The notes: a model not told the origin generated them from the sequence alone. Shown: positions 9,090 through 18,998, counted from the first letter of the stretch. The stretch is DNA of 64,000 nt from Candidatus Fervidifonticultor primus (GCA_031459855.1 JAVKHP010000001.1:1993078-2057077); one strand, 5' to 3'. Numbers and translations are program-made.

Positions 9090-9981
9090 AGGCGTAGAGG
9101 ACGTCCACGACGAGGTTCACCAGCGTGAAGAGCCCGGCGAACACGAGCACCACGCCCTGGACCACCGCGTAGTCGCGGGCCGTGATGGCGCTGACCAGCA
9201 GCCGCCCCATGCCGGGCCAGGCGAACACGGTCTCGGTGAGGATCGCGCCGCCCAGCAGCGCGCCGAACTGCAGGCCGATGACGGTGATCACCGGGATCAG
9301 GGCGTTCTTGAGGGCGTGGCGGAGGATCACCACGCGGCCGTGCAGTCCCTTGGCGCGCGCCGTGCGGATGTAGTCCTGGGTGAACACCTCCAGCAGGCTG
9401 CTGCGGGTCATGCGGGCGATGATGGCGATGGAGAACGCCGCCAGCGCCACCGTAGGCAGGACCAGGTGCGCGGGCGTCCCGTAGCCGCCGGCCGGCAGCC
9501 AGTTGAGGTAGACGGAGAAGAGTAGCATCAGCATCAGGCCCAGCCAGAAGACCGGGAGCGAGACGCCAAACAGCGCCACGGTCATCACCACGTAGTCGAC
9601 CGCGGAGTACTGACGGGTGGCCGAGAGCACGCCGGCGGCCATGCCCACCAGCGTCGCCACCACGATGCTGGAGACCGCCAGCTGCACCGTGGCGGGCAGC
9701 CGGCTGCCGATCTCGCCGATGACCGGCTCGCGGGTGACGGCCGAGTACCCGAGGTCGCCCCGCAGCAGCCGGGCGAAGAACCGCGCGTACTGGACGTACA
9801 GCGGGCGGTCCAGCCCCAACTCCACCCGCAGCCGCTGCACCTCCTCCTCGGAGGCCTGCAGCCCCAAAATCAACCGCGCCGGGTCGCCGGGGATCAGCCG
9901 GATGAGGGCAAAGACGACCACCGTGACGCCAAGCAGCGTCGGGACGGCGAGCCCAAGACGACGCAGCAGGTAGAGGCCCAT
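9061..9981 (-). CDS. ABC transporter permease, DppB/OppB family
   Basis: MGLYLLRRLGLAVPTLLGVTVVVFALIRLIPGDPA... and C-terminal ...YAYVDPRI. Confidence 0.9.
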   Translation of the reverse strand: MGLYLLRRLGLAVPTLLGVTVVVFALIRLIPGDPARLILGLQASEEEVQRLRVELGLDRPLYVQYARFFARLLRGDLGYSAVTREPVIGEIGSRLPATVQLAVSSIVVATLVGMAAGVLSATRQYSAVDYVVMTVALFGVSLPVFWLGLMLMLLFSVYLNWLPAGGYGTPAHLVLPTVALAAFSIAIIARMTRSSLLEVFTQDYIRTARAKGLHGRVVILRHALKNALIPVITVIGLQFGALLGGAILTETVFAWPGMGRLLVSAITARDYAVVQGVVLVFAGLFTLVNLVVDVLYAYVDPRIHYG

Positions 9982-10076
9982 GGGAGATGTCCGGGCAACG
10001 CACCGGCCCGGGGCGACGCCTGCGGCGCGCCCCGGGCCAGCGTCACGTCGTGGGGACGTCGATCGTCACGTCCACG

Positions 10077-11672
10077 TCACTTCCACGTCACGCAGTGGTG
10101 GCTGACCGCGGGCGCCTCCGGCTCGCACAGCGCCGTCCACTTCTCGATGGGGTGGATCAGGACCCCTTCGAGGTTCTTCACGGTCACGACGTACCACTTC
10201 TGGCTCCACAGCCAGATCCACGGGGCGTCCTGCCAGATGATCTCCTGGGCTTCCTTCATGAGGGCCTTGCGCCGCTCGACGTTGGCCTCCTGGCGCTCGC
10301 GCTCCAGCAGCTGGTCGACCTTCGGGTTGTTGTAGAAGGCCGGCCCCAGGCCCCGGGGCGGGTGGCTGGAGGAGTGGAACTGGCCGTAGAGCACGCCGTC
10401 GCAGTCCAGCACCGGCCACGCCCAGCCCAGCACGATCATCTGGACCCGGGTGCGCTCCGGCGGCGTCTGGATCATGGCGACGTAGGAGGGCCAGTCCATG
10501 GTGCTGACGTTGGCCCGCACGTTGACGTTGCGCAGCTGGGCGGCGATCGCCTGGGCGAACTGGAAGTCCTGGATGTAGCGGCCCGTGGGCGAGAAGAAGT
10601 TGACCTCGAACCCGTCCTTGTACCCCGCCTCGGCCAGCAGCTGCTTGGCCTTGATGGGGTTGAAGGGCCAGCCGCCGTCCTGCACCTTGGAGTAGCCGAA
10701 CATCATGGACGGGCAGGGCGAGTCCACCACGGTGCCCAGGTCGAACAGCACGCTGGCCAGGATCGCCTTCTTGTTGACGGCGTAGTTCATGGCCTGGCGG
10801 ACCCGGACGTCCTTGAACGGCCCCCACTGCGTGTTCATGAGCACGGAGATCACGCGGTCGCTGGGCGCCTCGACCACCGTCACCCGGGGGTTGCGGCGCA
10901 GCCCCTTGACGTCGGGGGCCGGCGGCAGCATCGCCTGGTGGACGTCGCCCGCCAGGACCTGTGTCAGGCGGGTGCCGGCGTCGGGCACGACGCGGAAGAG
11001 GATCTCGTCGAAGATCGGCTTCTTGCCCCAGTAGTTGGGGTTGCGCTCCAGCAAGATCGAGTCACCCCGCCGCCACTCCTTGAAGACGTAGGGGCCGGTG
11101 CCCCCGCCCACCGGCGCCGCCCGCCAGCGGTCGCCGGCGCGCTGGACGGCCGCGGGCGAGAGGATGGCGAACTGGGTCGTGCTCAGGTCGGACAGGAACG
11201 TCGGGGTAACCTTGCTGAGCGTGATCCGCACCGTGTCGTCGCCGACGGCCTCGATGCTCTTGATGGGCTGCACCAGGAAGCGCAGCGCCACCGCGACCCG
11301 GGGATCCTGGAGCCGCTCGAAGGTGAACTTCACTGCCTCGGCGTTGAACGGCGTGCCGTCGTGGAAGCGCACGCCGCGCCGCAGCGTGAAGGTGTAGGTC
11401 AGGCCGTCGCGCGAGATCTGCCAGCGGGTCGCCAGCCGCGGCACGATCTCGTTCTTGACGGGGTGGAGGTCCACCAACGTCTCAAACATGTAGTCGACGA
11501 CGTTGGCGATGGTGGTGGTCGTCTGCTCGGCCGGATCGAGCCGGTCGGCGTCGATTCCGATCGCCACACGCAACTGCCGGGGCACCGCCTGGGCGGTGGC
11601 CTGCACCTGCTGCAGACCCAGCAGGCCTGCCACCAGCACCAGCGCCAGCGCGACGCGCATCCCTGTCCTCAC
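10077..11672 (-). CDS. ABC transporter substrate-binding protein, family 5
   Basis: 531 aa, signal peptide, ...LRRGVRFHDGTPFNAEAVKFTFERL... family-5 motif. Confidence 0.9.
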   Translation of the reverse strand: MRTGMRVALALVLVAGLLGLQQVQATAQAVPRQLRVAIGIDADRLDPAEQTTTTIANVVDYMFETLVDLHPVKNEIVPRLATRWQISRDGLTYTFTLRRGVRFHDGTPFNAEAVKFTFERLQDPRVAVALRFLVQPIKSIEAVGDDTVRITLSKVTPTFLSDLSTTQFAILSPAAVQRAGDRWRAAPVGGGTGPYVFKEWRRGDSILLERNPNYWGKKPIFDEILFRVVPDAGTRLTQVLAGDVHQAMLPPAPDVKGLRRNPRVTVVEAPSDRVISVLMNTQWGPFKDVRVRQAMNYAVNKKAILASVLFDLGTVVDSPCPSMMFGYSKVQDGGWPFNPIKAKQLLAEAGYKDGFEVNFFSPTGRYIQDFQFAQAIAAQLRNVNVRANVSTMDWPSYVAMIQTPPERTRVQMIVLGWAWPVLDCDGVLYGQFHSSSHPPRGLGPAFYNNPKVDQLLERERQEANVERRKALMKEAQEIIWQDAPWIWLWSQKWYVVTVKNLEGVLIHPIEKWTALCEPEAPAVSHHCVTWK

Positions 11673-11989
11673 CGCGCTCCCTCCTTCCGTCGTGCCGACA
11701 CGTGAAGTCTGCTCGTGCAGGATTCAGCCTGAAGACTACCACAGACGCCCACAGACTACCACGCCGGGCCCGCATTCCCTCTGAGTCCCACGAGGCGCCC
11801 GCGGTGCTCGGCGCAGGCGCTTCCCGGGCGCGGCCTGGTCTTGGACCGTCGCCCCCGGCCCGGAGATCCCGGCGATCGCAGGGCCATCACGTACCCCACC
11901 GCGAACACCGGGGGCATACGGGCGTTCGCTCCGGCCCCCGCGGCCCCGACGCCAGCAGGACCCCCGGGTGGGATGCCGAACGCCTGGTC

Positions 11990-12406
11990 ATGGCTCCCCT
12001 GTGGTTGCGTCCGGCGGTCTGGGCGGCTGCGGTGCTGGTCGCGGTGGCGGCCGCCGTCTCCCCCTCAGGCACCGCCCGGGCGGAGGACCGGGCGACCATC
12101 GCCCGCAACCTCGCCGAGAACATCCTGGGCAAGGGGATGGTGCGCAGCAGCCGCCTGATCGAGGACGGCCGCGCCGTGGCCCTGGTGTGGGAGTCGGCGA
12201 CGTTCAAGGCGACCAACAGCGTGGCCGTAACCCGAGAGCTGCTGCAGGCCGAGGTGCAGCTGGCTGTCGGCGCCATCTTCCACGTGCTGCGCGACGTCGA
12301 GGGCGTGCAGTTCGTGATCGTCCACGGGCACCGTCGCCTGTGTGCCGGCCGGGCCAGCCGCGTGCGGCCGTTGCTGATCCGCTACGCCAGGGACCTGGAC
12401 GGGTAG
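11990..12406 (+). CDS. Hypothetical secreted protein (138 aa)
   Basis: Internal ATG of track ORF 11702..12406 followed by signal-peptide-like MAPLWLRPAVWAAAVLVAVAAA; no recognised domain. Confidence 0.4.
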   Translation: MAPLWLRPAVWAAAVLVAVAAAVSPSGTARAEDRATIARNLAENILGKGMVRSSRLIEDGRAVALVWESATFKATNSVAVTRELLQAEVQLAVGAIFHVLRDVEGVQFVIVHGHRRLCAGRASRVRPLLIRYARDLDG

Positions 12407-12426
12407 CCCGGTCGTCCCCGGCGGGG

Positions 12427-12858
12427 TCAGGGTGCCGGCGCCCCGACGATCAGCATCCCCGTCTGCCCCCGCGCGGCGTGGTCGAAGAGCGTGCACAGGA
12501 ACGCGTACGACCCCCGTCCGCGGACGGTGAACTCCACCTCAGCGGTCTTGCCGGCTTCCACCGACACGAACTTGCGCCCCTCGGCGATCCCTTCCAGACC
12601 GTCGCCCCGCACGACCAGCGGGATGTTGAGCAGGAAGGCCGAGGCGAAGTTGTGCGTCCGCCCGAACTGGTCGGCGTTGCGCAGCCGCAGGATCACCGTG
12701 TCGCCCTCGGTGACCCGGATCTGGTTCGGTTCGAACTTGAACGACGTCATCGTGATCTCGTAGACCTTGGGCGCGCGCGTCTGCGCCGGGGTGCGCGCCG
12801 GCGTCGCCAGCGTCACCAGCCCGGCCAGGAGCACGACGCCTGCAAGTCGGATCCCCAT
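12427..12858 (-). CDS. Cupredoxin-like (type-1 copper) secreted protein
   Basis: Signal peptide MGIRLAGVVLLAGLVTLA, then beta-rich domain ending ...YAFLCTLFDHAARGQTGMLIV with Cys/His/Met spacing typical of blue-copper sites; GGAGG upstream of ATG. Confidence 0.55.
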   Translation of the reverse strand: MGIRLAGVVLLAGLVTLATPARTPAQTRAPKVYEITMTSFKFEPNQIRVTEGDTVILRLRNADQFGRTHNFASAFLLNIPLVVRGDGLEGIAEGRKFVSVEAGKTAEVEFTVRGRGSYAFLCTLFDHAARGQTGMLIVGAPAP

Positions 12859-13204
12859 GGCGTCCTCCACTCCGTCAGGTAGTCTGCCCGCGCCGCGCGG
12901 CGCAGGCCAGCCGGCCCCTTTCGTAGCGTCGGCATGTATCGAACGTGTCACGCCGCCCCAACCGGTGCGGTCCGGGACCCAACACGCCCCCGCGGCCCCG
13001 GGCCGCCCGCGTTGTTGGGGTGGAGGCCGTCGCCCTGCGGCGCGGCGGGCCGCCGATGCCGGCGCCGCGCCGGGCTGCCTGGGCACGGGGGATCACCCCC
13101 TCTGCATCGGATGTGCGGGGCCGCCGCCGACCGGGTCCGGCACCTCGTCCCACCGGCACGGCGGTCTGACGGTGCGATCCCCGCGTGGTAGCCGCGTGTG
13201 CGCG

Positions 13205-14125
13205 CTACGGCGCCACGATGCGGTTGCGCAGCACCCCGATGCCCTCGATCTCGGCTTCCACCACGTCGCCCGGCTGCAACCACGGCGGCGGCGTGCGGCC
13301 CATGGCGACGCCCTCGGGCGTGCCGGTGGCCAGCAGGTCGCCGGGCTCGAGCGTCATGCCCGCAGAGAGCACCGAGATCAGCTGCGCCACCGAGAAGACC
13401 ATGCTGCCCGTGGAGGCGTTCTGGCGTTCCTCGCCGTTGACCCGCAGCCGCAGGCGCAGGTTCTGGGGGTCGGGGATCAGCGACCGGTGGACGACGGCCG
13501 GCCCCAGCGGCGCGAACGTGTCCAGGGACTTCCCCTTGAACCACTGCAGGTGGCGGCGCTGGAGGTCGCGCGCCGTGATGTCGTTCATGATGGTGTACCC
13601 GAAGACGTAGTCCAGCGCGCGCTCGACGGGGATGTCGCGGCCCCGCCGGCCGATGACCACGGTGAGCTCGACCTCGTAGTCGAGCTGCTCGGTCACCCGG
13701 TGGTGGACGACCGGCGCGTCGGGACCCACCACGGCGGTGGGCGGCTTGGTGAAGAACACCGGCACCGTGGGCACCTCGTGCCCGCCCTCGCGGGCGTGCT
13801 CGGCGTAGTTGCGCCCCATGCAGAAGATGTTCTTGCGCGGCCGCGGGATCGGCGCGAGCAGCCGCGTGCGGGCCAGAGGCACCACGAGGCCGCGTGCGCG
13901 GCCCTCCCGCAGGAGCCGGCGGCCCAGCGCGAGGGCAGCCCGGGCCTGCGCCAGGGAGCCTCGCTCGATGAAGCTCACCAGATCGTCGGGGATCTGGTCC
14001 CCGGGGCCGCGTCCGCGTCCGGCGCGGGCGGCCTGGCGGGCCAGGGGGGCGAAGGCGAAGACGTGCTCACCGTCCAGCACCCCCAGGTGCGCCTGGCCCC
14101 GGAACTCGTACGTGACGAACCGCAT
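13205..14125 (-). CDS. Fumarylacetoacetate hydrolase (FAH) family protein
   Basis: 306 aa; ...FCMGRNYAEHA..., ...YEVELTVVIG..., ...LLATGTPEGV... classic FAH-fold motifs. Confidence 0.9.
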   Translation of the reverse strand: MRFVTYEFRGQAHLGVLDGEHVFAFAPLARQAARAGRGRGPGDQIPDDLVSFIERGSLAQARAALALGRRLLREGRARGLVVPLARTRLLAPIPRPRKNIFCMGRNYAEHAREGGHEVPTVPVFFTKPPTAVVGPDAPVVHHRVTEQLDYEVELTVVIGRRGRDIPVERALDYVFGYTIMNDITARDLQRRHLQWFKGKSLDTFAPLGPAVVHRSLIPDPQNLRLRLRVNGEERQNASTGSMVFSVAQLISVLSAGMTLEPGDLLATGTPEGVAMGRTPPPWLQPGDVVEAEIEGIGVLRNRIVAP

Positions 14126-14400
14126 GGATCACCTCGCTGACTTCCGTGGAATGACGCCTACGGGAGTTTTCGAACGGGCGGGGAAATTCCCTGGTGCGCG
14201 ATGTGGGACGCGGGGCACCGCCGGTGCTCTGCCGTGTACGCGGGTGCGCCAGGTGGGATCGCGGCCGCCGCGCACCGCAGGTCCACGGTAGTCAGGTCGC
14301 GGAGGGTCGTGGACCACCGATGGAGCGCCGGCGGATGACCGACAGAGGACCTGACGAAGGGTCGGTGGAGAACACACGGAGGACCGACGGAGGACCAACG

Positions 14401-14724
14401 ATGGACGCACAGGTGTGGGACGCCTTTCGGGTCGCCGACGCCATGGACGGCCCCGCCCAGCAGTTTCAGCGGCTGCTGGGCCGGCCCGACCTCACGGTGG
14501 GCGTGCTCCGCGTGCTACCCGGCGGCCTCGACCTGCAGGGGACGCACCAGCAGGACGAGGTGTACGCCTGCGTGGGCGGCCGCGGCCTCGTACGGCTTGG
14601 CGACCGCGACGTCCCGGTCGGACCCGGGGCGGTGATCTTCGTGCCCGCGGGCGTCCCGCATCGCTTCCACGGCAACAAGGAGCCGCTGGTGCTGGCGTAC
14701 GTGCTGGTGCCGCCGGCCGGGTGA
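14401..14724 (+). CDS. Cupin-domain protein
   Basis: Internal ATG with GGAGGA upstream; ...GTHQQDEVYACVGGRGLV...GAVIFVPAGVPHRF... cupin two-motif pattern. Confidence 0.6.
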   Translation: MDAQVWDAFRVADAMDGPAQQFQRLLGRPDLTVGVLRVLPGGLDLQGTHQQDEVYACVGGRGLVRLGDRDVPVGPGAVIFVPAGVPHRFHGNKEPLVLAYVLVPPAG

Positions 14725-14744
14725 GGCGGCCCGACCGGACCGGA

Positions 14745-16259
14745 TCAGCCCGAGGCCGATGCCGGGACCGCATGCGGCCGTGCAGCGACCTCGGCGAAGT
14801 GACGGGCCTCGAGGGCGGCCGCCGCGGGTGGAGGGTCGCCAAAGCGCAGGTGAGCGACCAGCCCCGGGTGCACCGCCCGGACGGCCTCGTAGAGCTGGAG
14901 GGCGATGCGCCGGTAGGAGAAGTGCCCGCTCTCCCGTGCCCGCAGCGGCACCACGCTGTAGAGCTCGCGCAGGTTCATGGTGGCCAGGAACCGGCGGTTG
15001 TGGGCGTTGGTGACCAGGTAGGCGGCCTCGTGCGGCAGGTCGGCGGCGAGGCGGTGGTAGGCCTCCGTGGCCTGCTCGACCGCGGCGCGGAATGCGCCCT
15101 CCAGGCCGGCCTCGACGATGGCGCGGGGCACCGCGTAGCCCAGGTCCACCGTGGGGGCCTGGGGGCTCTGGGTCATCATGCGGTGACGCTTGAGGTCGAA
15201 GTAGGCGCCCTGGTCGCAGACGATGTCGAAGGTGTAGGTGACGTGCTCGAGCTCGCGTAGCGGCGCATCGTGGCGCCGGAGCCGCCCCAGCGCCTCACAG
15301 ACGATGGCTGCGCGCCCATGCGGGTCAAGCGCGGCCGCCCGCGCCCAGGCCCGGCGGTACGACGTCCGGCCGTAGCGATACAAGCATGCGGCCACGATGC
15401 GCAGTTCCGCATCCCGGTCGTAGTGCACCAGGCGAACCCCGGGCGACGCCTCGCCGTCCAGGAGGTCGGCCTCCGCCGGCTCGTCCTCGCCCCTGGCCAG
15501 GGCGGTCAGGGCCGCGGCCGTCTCGATCAGGTAGGGGCTGGGCTCGGCGTACTTGACGAGGGTGGGCACCTCGGTGCGGGCCACGGCCTTGACCTCGGCG
15601 CCGATGGCCCGGACCTCTTCGAGGGGGTGCGACAGCATCTTGGTGATGGCATGCTCGAGGGCGCGGGCGTTGGCCGTCATGCCCACGTTGGCGAGCGTGG
15701 CGCAGGGCAGGAGGAAGCGGCAGACGTCGATGTACCTGGAGCGGATCCGCGCGGCATACGCCCGGTCGGCCTCCCCCTCGTGGCGCGGGTACCACGTCTC
15801 GATGACGCGCCGCACGGGCTCGAGGCTGGCCCGGTACGTCTCGAACAGGCGCCGGCAGGTCTGCACGTAGAGCTCGGCGTGCGGGGAGGCGGCGACCGTC
15901 GGCGGGACGTAGAAGGCGTCGAAGATCTGGTAGCGGGTGGACTTCTCGGTGTACGAGCAGAGACGGTTGCTCTCCAGGCACTCGATGGCCAGGCGCGACA
16001 CGTTCTCCAGCGCCAGGTGGAGGACGGCGTGCTCGGCCACCGAGCCGTGCCCGTACCCCAGCACCCACTTCTCGTGGAACTCGCTGGACGACTCCTCCGT
16101 CAGTTCCGCCGCGATCTCCCGAAAGGGCTTGGGGCTACGGGAGGTCTTGGCGAAGGCGACGGCGATGACCTCGGGGGGAAGGAGCCTGGGGCTAAGGAGG
16201 TAGATGTCGCGGCGGCGCAGCGATGGAGTACCGTCGATCGAGGCGAACTGTGGTAGCAT
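14745..16259 (-). CDS. ThyX-like (flavin-dependent thymidylate synthase family) protein with two Thy1-like halves
   Basis: N-terminal half GHGSVAEH...VSRL...ESNRLCSYTEKSTRY mirrors the ThyX signature but with SNR in place of RHR; second half contains ...DLKRHRMMTQSPQ.... 504 aa, about twice ThyX length. Confidence 0.5.
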   Translation of the reverse strand: MLPQFASIDGTPSLRRRDIYLLSPRLLPPEVIAVAFAKTSRSPKPFREIAAELTEESSSEFHEKWVLGYGHGSVAEHAVLHLALENVSRLAIECLESNRLCSYTEKSTRYQIFDAFYVPPTVAASPHAELYVQTCRRLFETYRASLEPVRRVIETWYPRHEGEADRAYAARIRSRYIDVCRFLLPCATLANVGMTANARALEHAITKMLSHPLEEVRAIGAEVKAVARTEVPTLVKYAEPSPYLIETAAALTALARGEDEPAEADLLDGEASPGVRLVHYDRDAELRIVAACLYRYGRTSYRRAWARAAALDPHGRAAIVCEALGRLRRHDAPLRELEHVTYTFDIVCDQGAYFDLKRHRMMTQSPQAPTVDLGYAVPRAIVEAGLEGAFRAAVEQATEAYHRLAADLPHEAAYLVTNAHNRRFLATMNLRELYSVVPLRARESGHFSYRRIALQLYEAVRAVHPGLVAHLRFGDPPPAAAALEARHFAEVAARPHAVPASASG

Positions 16260-16423
16260 GGCCTTCCCCCCGGGGTCGCCGCCTCATATTCCACGTCCGA
16301 TCGGGTTTTCCTTCTAGATCTAGTGCGAAGAGCCAAAATTCCCTCAAGATTTTGTAGGCGGCCCCTGGCCGGGAGTCTTCTGCCCTGGCAGGAGTCCCGA
16401 GGCCAGACGGCCAACACGCAGAC

Positions 16424-17029
16424 GTGAGCCTGCTGGCCCGACTGCGGGAGCAGCTGCGGGAGTACCGTCCGCGTGACCTGCCGCCCCATTCGTGGCGCCG
16501 GGCGGCGGTGCTCGTCCCGGTGTTCGAGCAGGACGGGGTGGCACACCTGCTCCTCACCAAGCGGACGGAGACCGTCGAGCACCACAAGGGGCAGATCTCC
16601 TTCCCCGGGGGCGGCGAGGAGCCGGGAGACGCCTCGCTCCAGGAGACCGCGCTCCGGGAGACGTACGAGGAGCTCGGGTTGGAGCCGTCGGCCGTGGAGG
16701 TGCTCGGGCGCCTGGACGAGGTCGAGACGATCGTGTCGGGGTTCGCGGTCACCCCCTTCGTGGGTGCCGTGCCGCCGCCGGATCGCCTGCGGCCCAATCC
16801 GAACGAGATCGACGAGGTCGTGACCCTGCCCCTGGCGATCTTCCAGGACCCGGGGCGGGTGCGCGCAGAGCGCGTGGTGCGTGGGGGCCGGGTGGTGGAG
16901 CTGCTCTACTACGACTGCGGCCGCTGGACCGTGTGGGGGCTCACGGCGCGGATCATCCGGAACCTGCTGGACGTGGTGGAGGGAAAGGTCCCGGAGGCGC
17001 CCGAGCCGCCCGCGGCCAACGAGCCGTGA
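16424..17029 (+). CDS. NUDIX hydrolase, CoA pyrophosphatase (NudL-like)
   Basis: ...LLLTKRTETVEHHKGQISFPGGG... CoA-pyrophosphatase motif plus Nudix box ...ETALRETYEELGL...; GTG start. Confidence 0.85.
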   Translation: MSLLARLREQLREYRPRDLPPHSWRRAAVLVPVFEQDGVAHLLLTKRTETVEHHKGQISFPGGGEEPGDASLQETALRETYEELGLEPSAVEVLGRLDEVETIVSGFAVTPFVGAVPPPDRLRPNPNEIDEVVTLPLAIFQDPGRVRAERVVRGGRVVELLYYDCGRWTVWGLTARIIRNLLDVVEGKVPEAPEPPAANEP

Positions 17030-17079
17030 GGGCCGCGGCCCAGCCGGGCCAGGATGACACGGGAAGGGACGGGTTCGAC

Positions 17080-17595
17080 GTGGCAGTACGGTTGGTGATC
17101 CTCGACTGCGACCTGACGCTATGGAACCATGCCAACGTCACGGCGCTGCGGCGGCCGTTCGAGCGGGACGGCGAGGACGCGGTGCGCGATCAGGATGGCG
17201 TCCGCGTCGCGCTGTACCCGGGCGTCCGGCGGCTGCTGGACGGCCTGCGGGCGCGGCGGGTGCTGGTGGCAGCCGCGTCCTGGAACCGGCCCGAGCCGGT
17301 CGACGAGATCTTCGCGCTGCTGGGGCTGGAGTCGTACTTCGACCTCAAGAAGGTCGAGCCGCACCCCCACAAGGAGCGGCTCGTCGCCGCCCTCGTCGCC
17401 GACCTGGCCGCCCGCGGGTGCGTCCTGCGGCCGGACGAGATCCTCTACGTCGACGACCGGCGCATCCACCTCGACGCGATCCACGCCACGGTGGGGCCGG
17501 TGCGGTTCCTCCAGATGGGCCACGACATCCAGCGCCCCGACGAGGTGCTCGCGCACCTCGACGCCCTGGGCGTGGGGGCCGCACCGCAGGCCTGA
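17080..17595 (+). CDS. HAD-superfamily phosphatase, MDP-1 family
   Basis: N-terminal VRLVILDCDLTLW motif; GTG start inside track ORF 16492..17595, GGAAGGG upstream. Confidence 0.7.
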   Translation: MAVRLVILDCDLTLWNHANVTALRRPFERDGEDAVRDQDGVRVALYPGVRRLLDGLRARRVLVAAASWNRPEPVDEIFALLGLESYFDLKKVEPHPHKERLVAALVADLAARGCVLRPDEILYVDDRRIHLDAIHATVGPVRFLQMGHDIQRPDEVLAHLDALGVGAAPQA

Positions 17596-17707
17596 AGGCG
17601 CCGCGGCCGTTCGCGCCTCTACCACGATCGCCGCACGGGGCACAGAGCACCGCCGACGCGGCGCGCCATGCGCACCTCCGTGCCCCCCGCGGTATACTGG
17701 GACCGGT

Positions 17708-18895
17708 ATGAGGGTGACATCGTCGATCCCCCCGCGGCCCTACGTGGGGCGCTACCTCGACTACGCGGCTACGACGCCAGTCGACCCGCGCGTGGTGGAC
17801 GCCATGCAGCCCTACTTCAGCCAGCACTTTGGCAACGCCGGCAGCGTCCACCAGTTCGGTCAGGCCGCGCGCGCGGCGGTCGACGAGGCCCGGGCGGCGG
17901 TCGCCCGGCTGATCGGTGCCGAGCCAGCGGAGATCGTCTTCACCTCGGGCGCGACCGAGGCGAACACCACCGCCCTCCTGGGCGCGGTCTGGGCCAGCCC
18001 GCACGCGACGCCGCACGTCATTACCGCCGCCACCGAGCACCACGCGGTGCTGGAACCGTGCCGCTGGCTGGCCGAGCGGGGTATCGCAGTTACGATCCTG
18101 CCCGTGGACGGGCAGGGCCTGGTGGACCCGGACGACGTGCGGCGAGCCCTGCGGCCCCACACGGTGCTGATCAGCATCATGCACGGCAACAACGAGATCG
18201 GCACCCTGGGGCCGGTGGCCGAGGTGGCGGCCATCGCCCGCGACGCCGGGGTGCTGTTCCACACCGACGCCACCCAGAGCGCGGGCATCGTACCGATCGA
18301 CGTCCGGGCCCTCGGGGTCGACCTGCTCTCGCTATCGGCCCACAAGCGCTACGGCCCCAAGGGCATCGGCGCCCTGTACGTCCGCCGCGGCGTGACCCTG
18401 GCGCCGCTGCTCCGCGGGGGCAGCCAGGAGCGCGGCCGCCGGGCTGGCACCGAGAACACGCCCGCCATCGTGGGGTTCGGCGTGGCGGCCGCCCTCGCGC
18501 AGGCCGCCATGGCGGAGGAGGCGGCGCGCATCGCGGCGTTGCGCGACCGGCTGGCCGCGGGGCTCGCCGCCCTGCCGGGCGCGCGGCTCAATGGCCATCC
18601 CACCCGACGGCTGCCGGGCATCGTCAACGTCTCGTTCGCCGATGCCGACAGCGAGTCGCTGTTGCTGGCGCTCGATCTGGAGGGGATCGCCGCCTCGTCG
18701 GGCTCGGCGTGCACCTCGGGCAGGCTGGAGCCCTCCCACGTGATCGCGGCCCTGGGCGTGCCCCCAGCCCATGCGGCCGGCACGGTGCGGTTCTCGCTGG
18801 GCCGCTGGAGCACCGAGGACGACGTCGACGCCGTGCTGGACGTGCTCCCGCGGATTCTGGCATCGGTGCGGGCCGTGACCGCGCGCCCCCGGTGA
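17708..18895 (+). CDS. Cysteine desulfurase (IscS/NifS family, PLP-dependent)
   Basis: ...YLDYAATTP..., ...SAHKRYGPKGIGALYV... (PLP lysine), ...SSGSACTS... (catalytic Cys). ATG inside track ORF 17129..18895; TATACT about 9 nt upstream. Confidence 0.9.
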   Translation: MRVTSSIPPRPYVGRYLDYAATTPVDPRVVDAMQPYFSQHFGNAGSVHQFGQAARAAVDEARAAVARLIGAEPAEIVFTSGATEANTTALLGAVWASPHATPHVITAATEHHAVLEPCRWLAERGIAVTILPVDGQGLVDPDDVRRALRPHTVLISIMHGNNEIGTLGPVAEVAAIARDAGVLFHTDATQSAGIVPIDVRALGVDLLSLSAHKRYGPKGIGALYVRRGVTLAPLLRGGSQERGRRAGTENTPAIVGFGVAAALAQAAMAEEAARIAALRDRLAAGLAALPGARLNGHPTRRLPGIVNVSFADADSESLLLALDLEGIAASSGSACTSGRLEPSHVIAALGVPPAHAAGTVRFSLGRWSTEDDVDAVLDVLPRILASVRAVTARPR

Positions 18896-18969
18896 GCCGC
18901 CGCGCCCCGCGGTGCGGCGTGCGACGCCCGTGGGCAGCGGGTGCGCGGGCCTGCTGCGGCGTCCGCGTG

Positions 18970-18998
18970 TTGACGCTCTTCTGCAACTCTGCGATGAT
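18970..18998 (+). promoter_or_regulatory. Candidate sigma-70-type promoter for the nuo operon
   Basis: TTGACG, 17-bp spacer, GATGAT, about 45 bp upstream of nuoA ATG. Sequence-only prediction. Confidence 0.3.

Noticed and set aside
9987-11705. 572-aa plus-strand ORF
   Set aside because: Antisense to the second binding-protein gene.
12767-14140. 457-aa plus-strand ORF
   Set aside because: Antisense to the FAH-family gene and cupredoxin region; no recognisable domain.
15270-16256. 328-aa plus-strand ORF
   Set aside because: Antisense to the ThyX-like gene.
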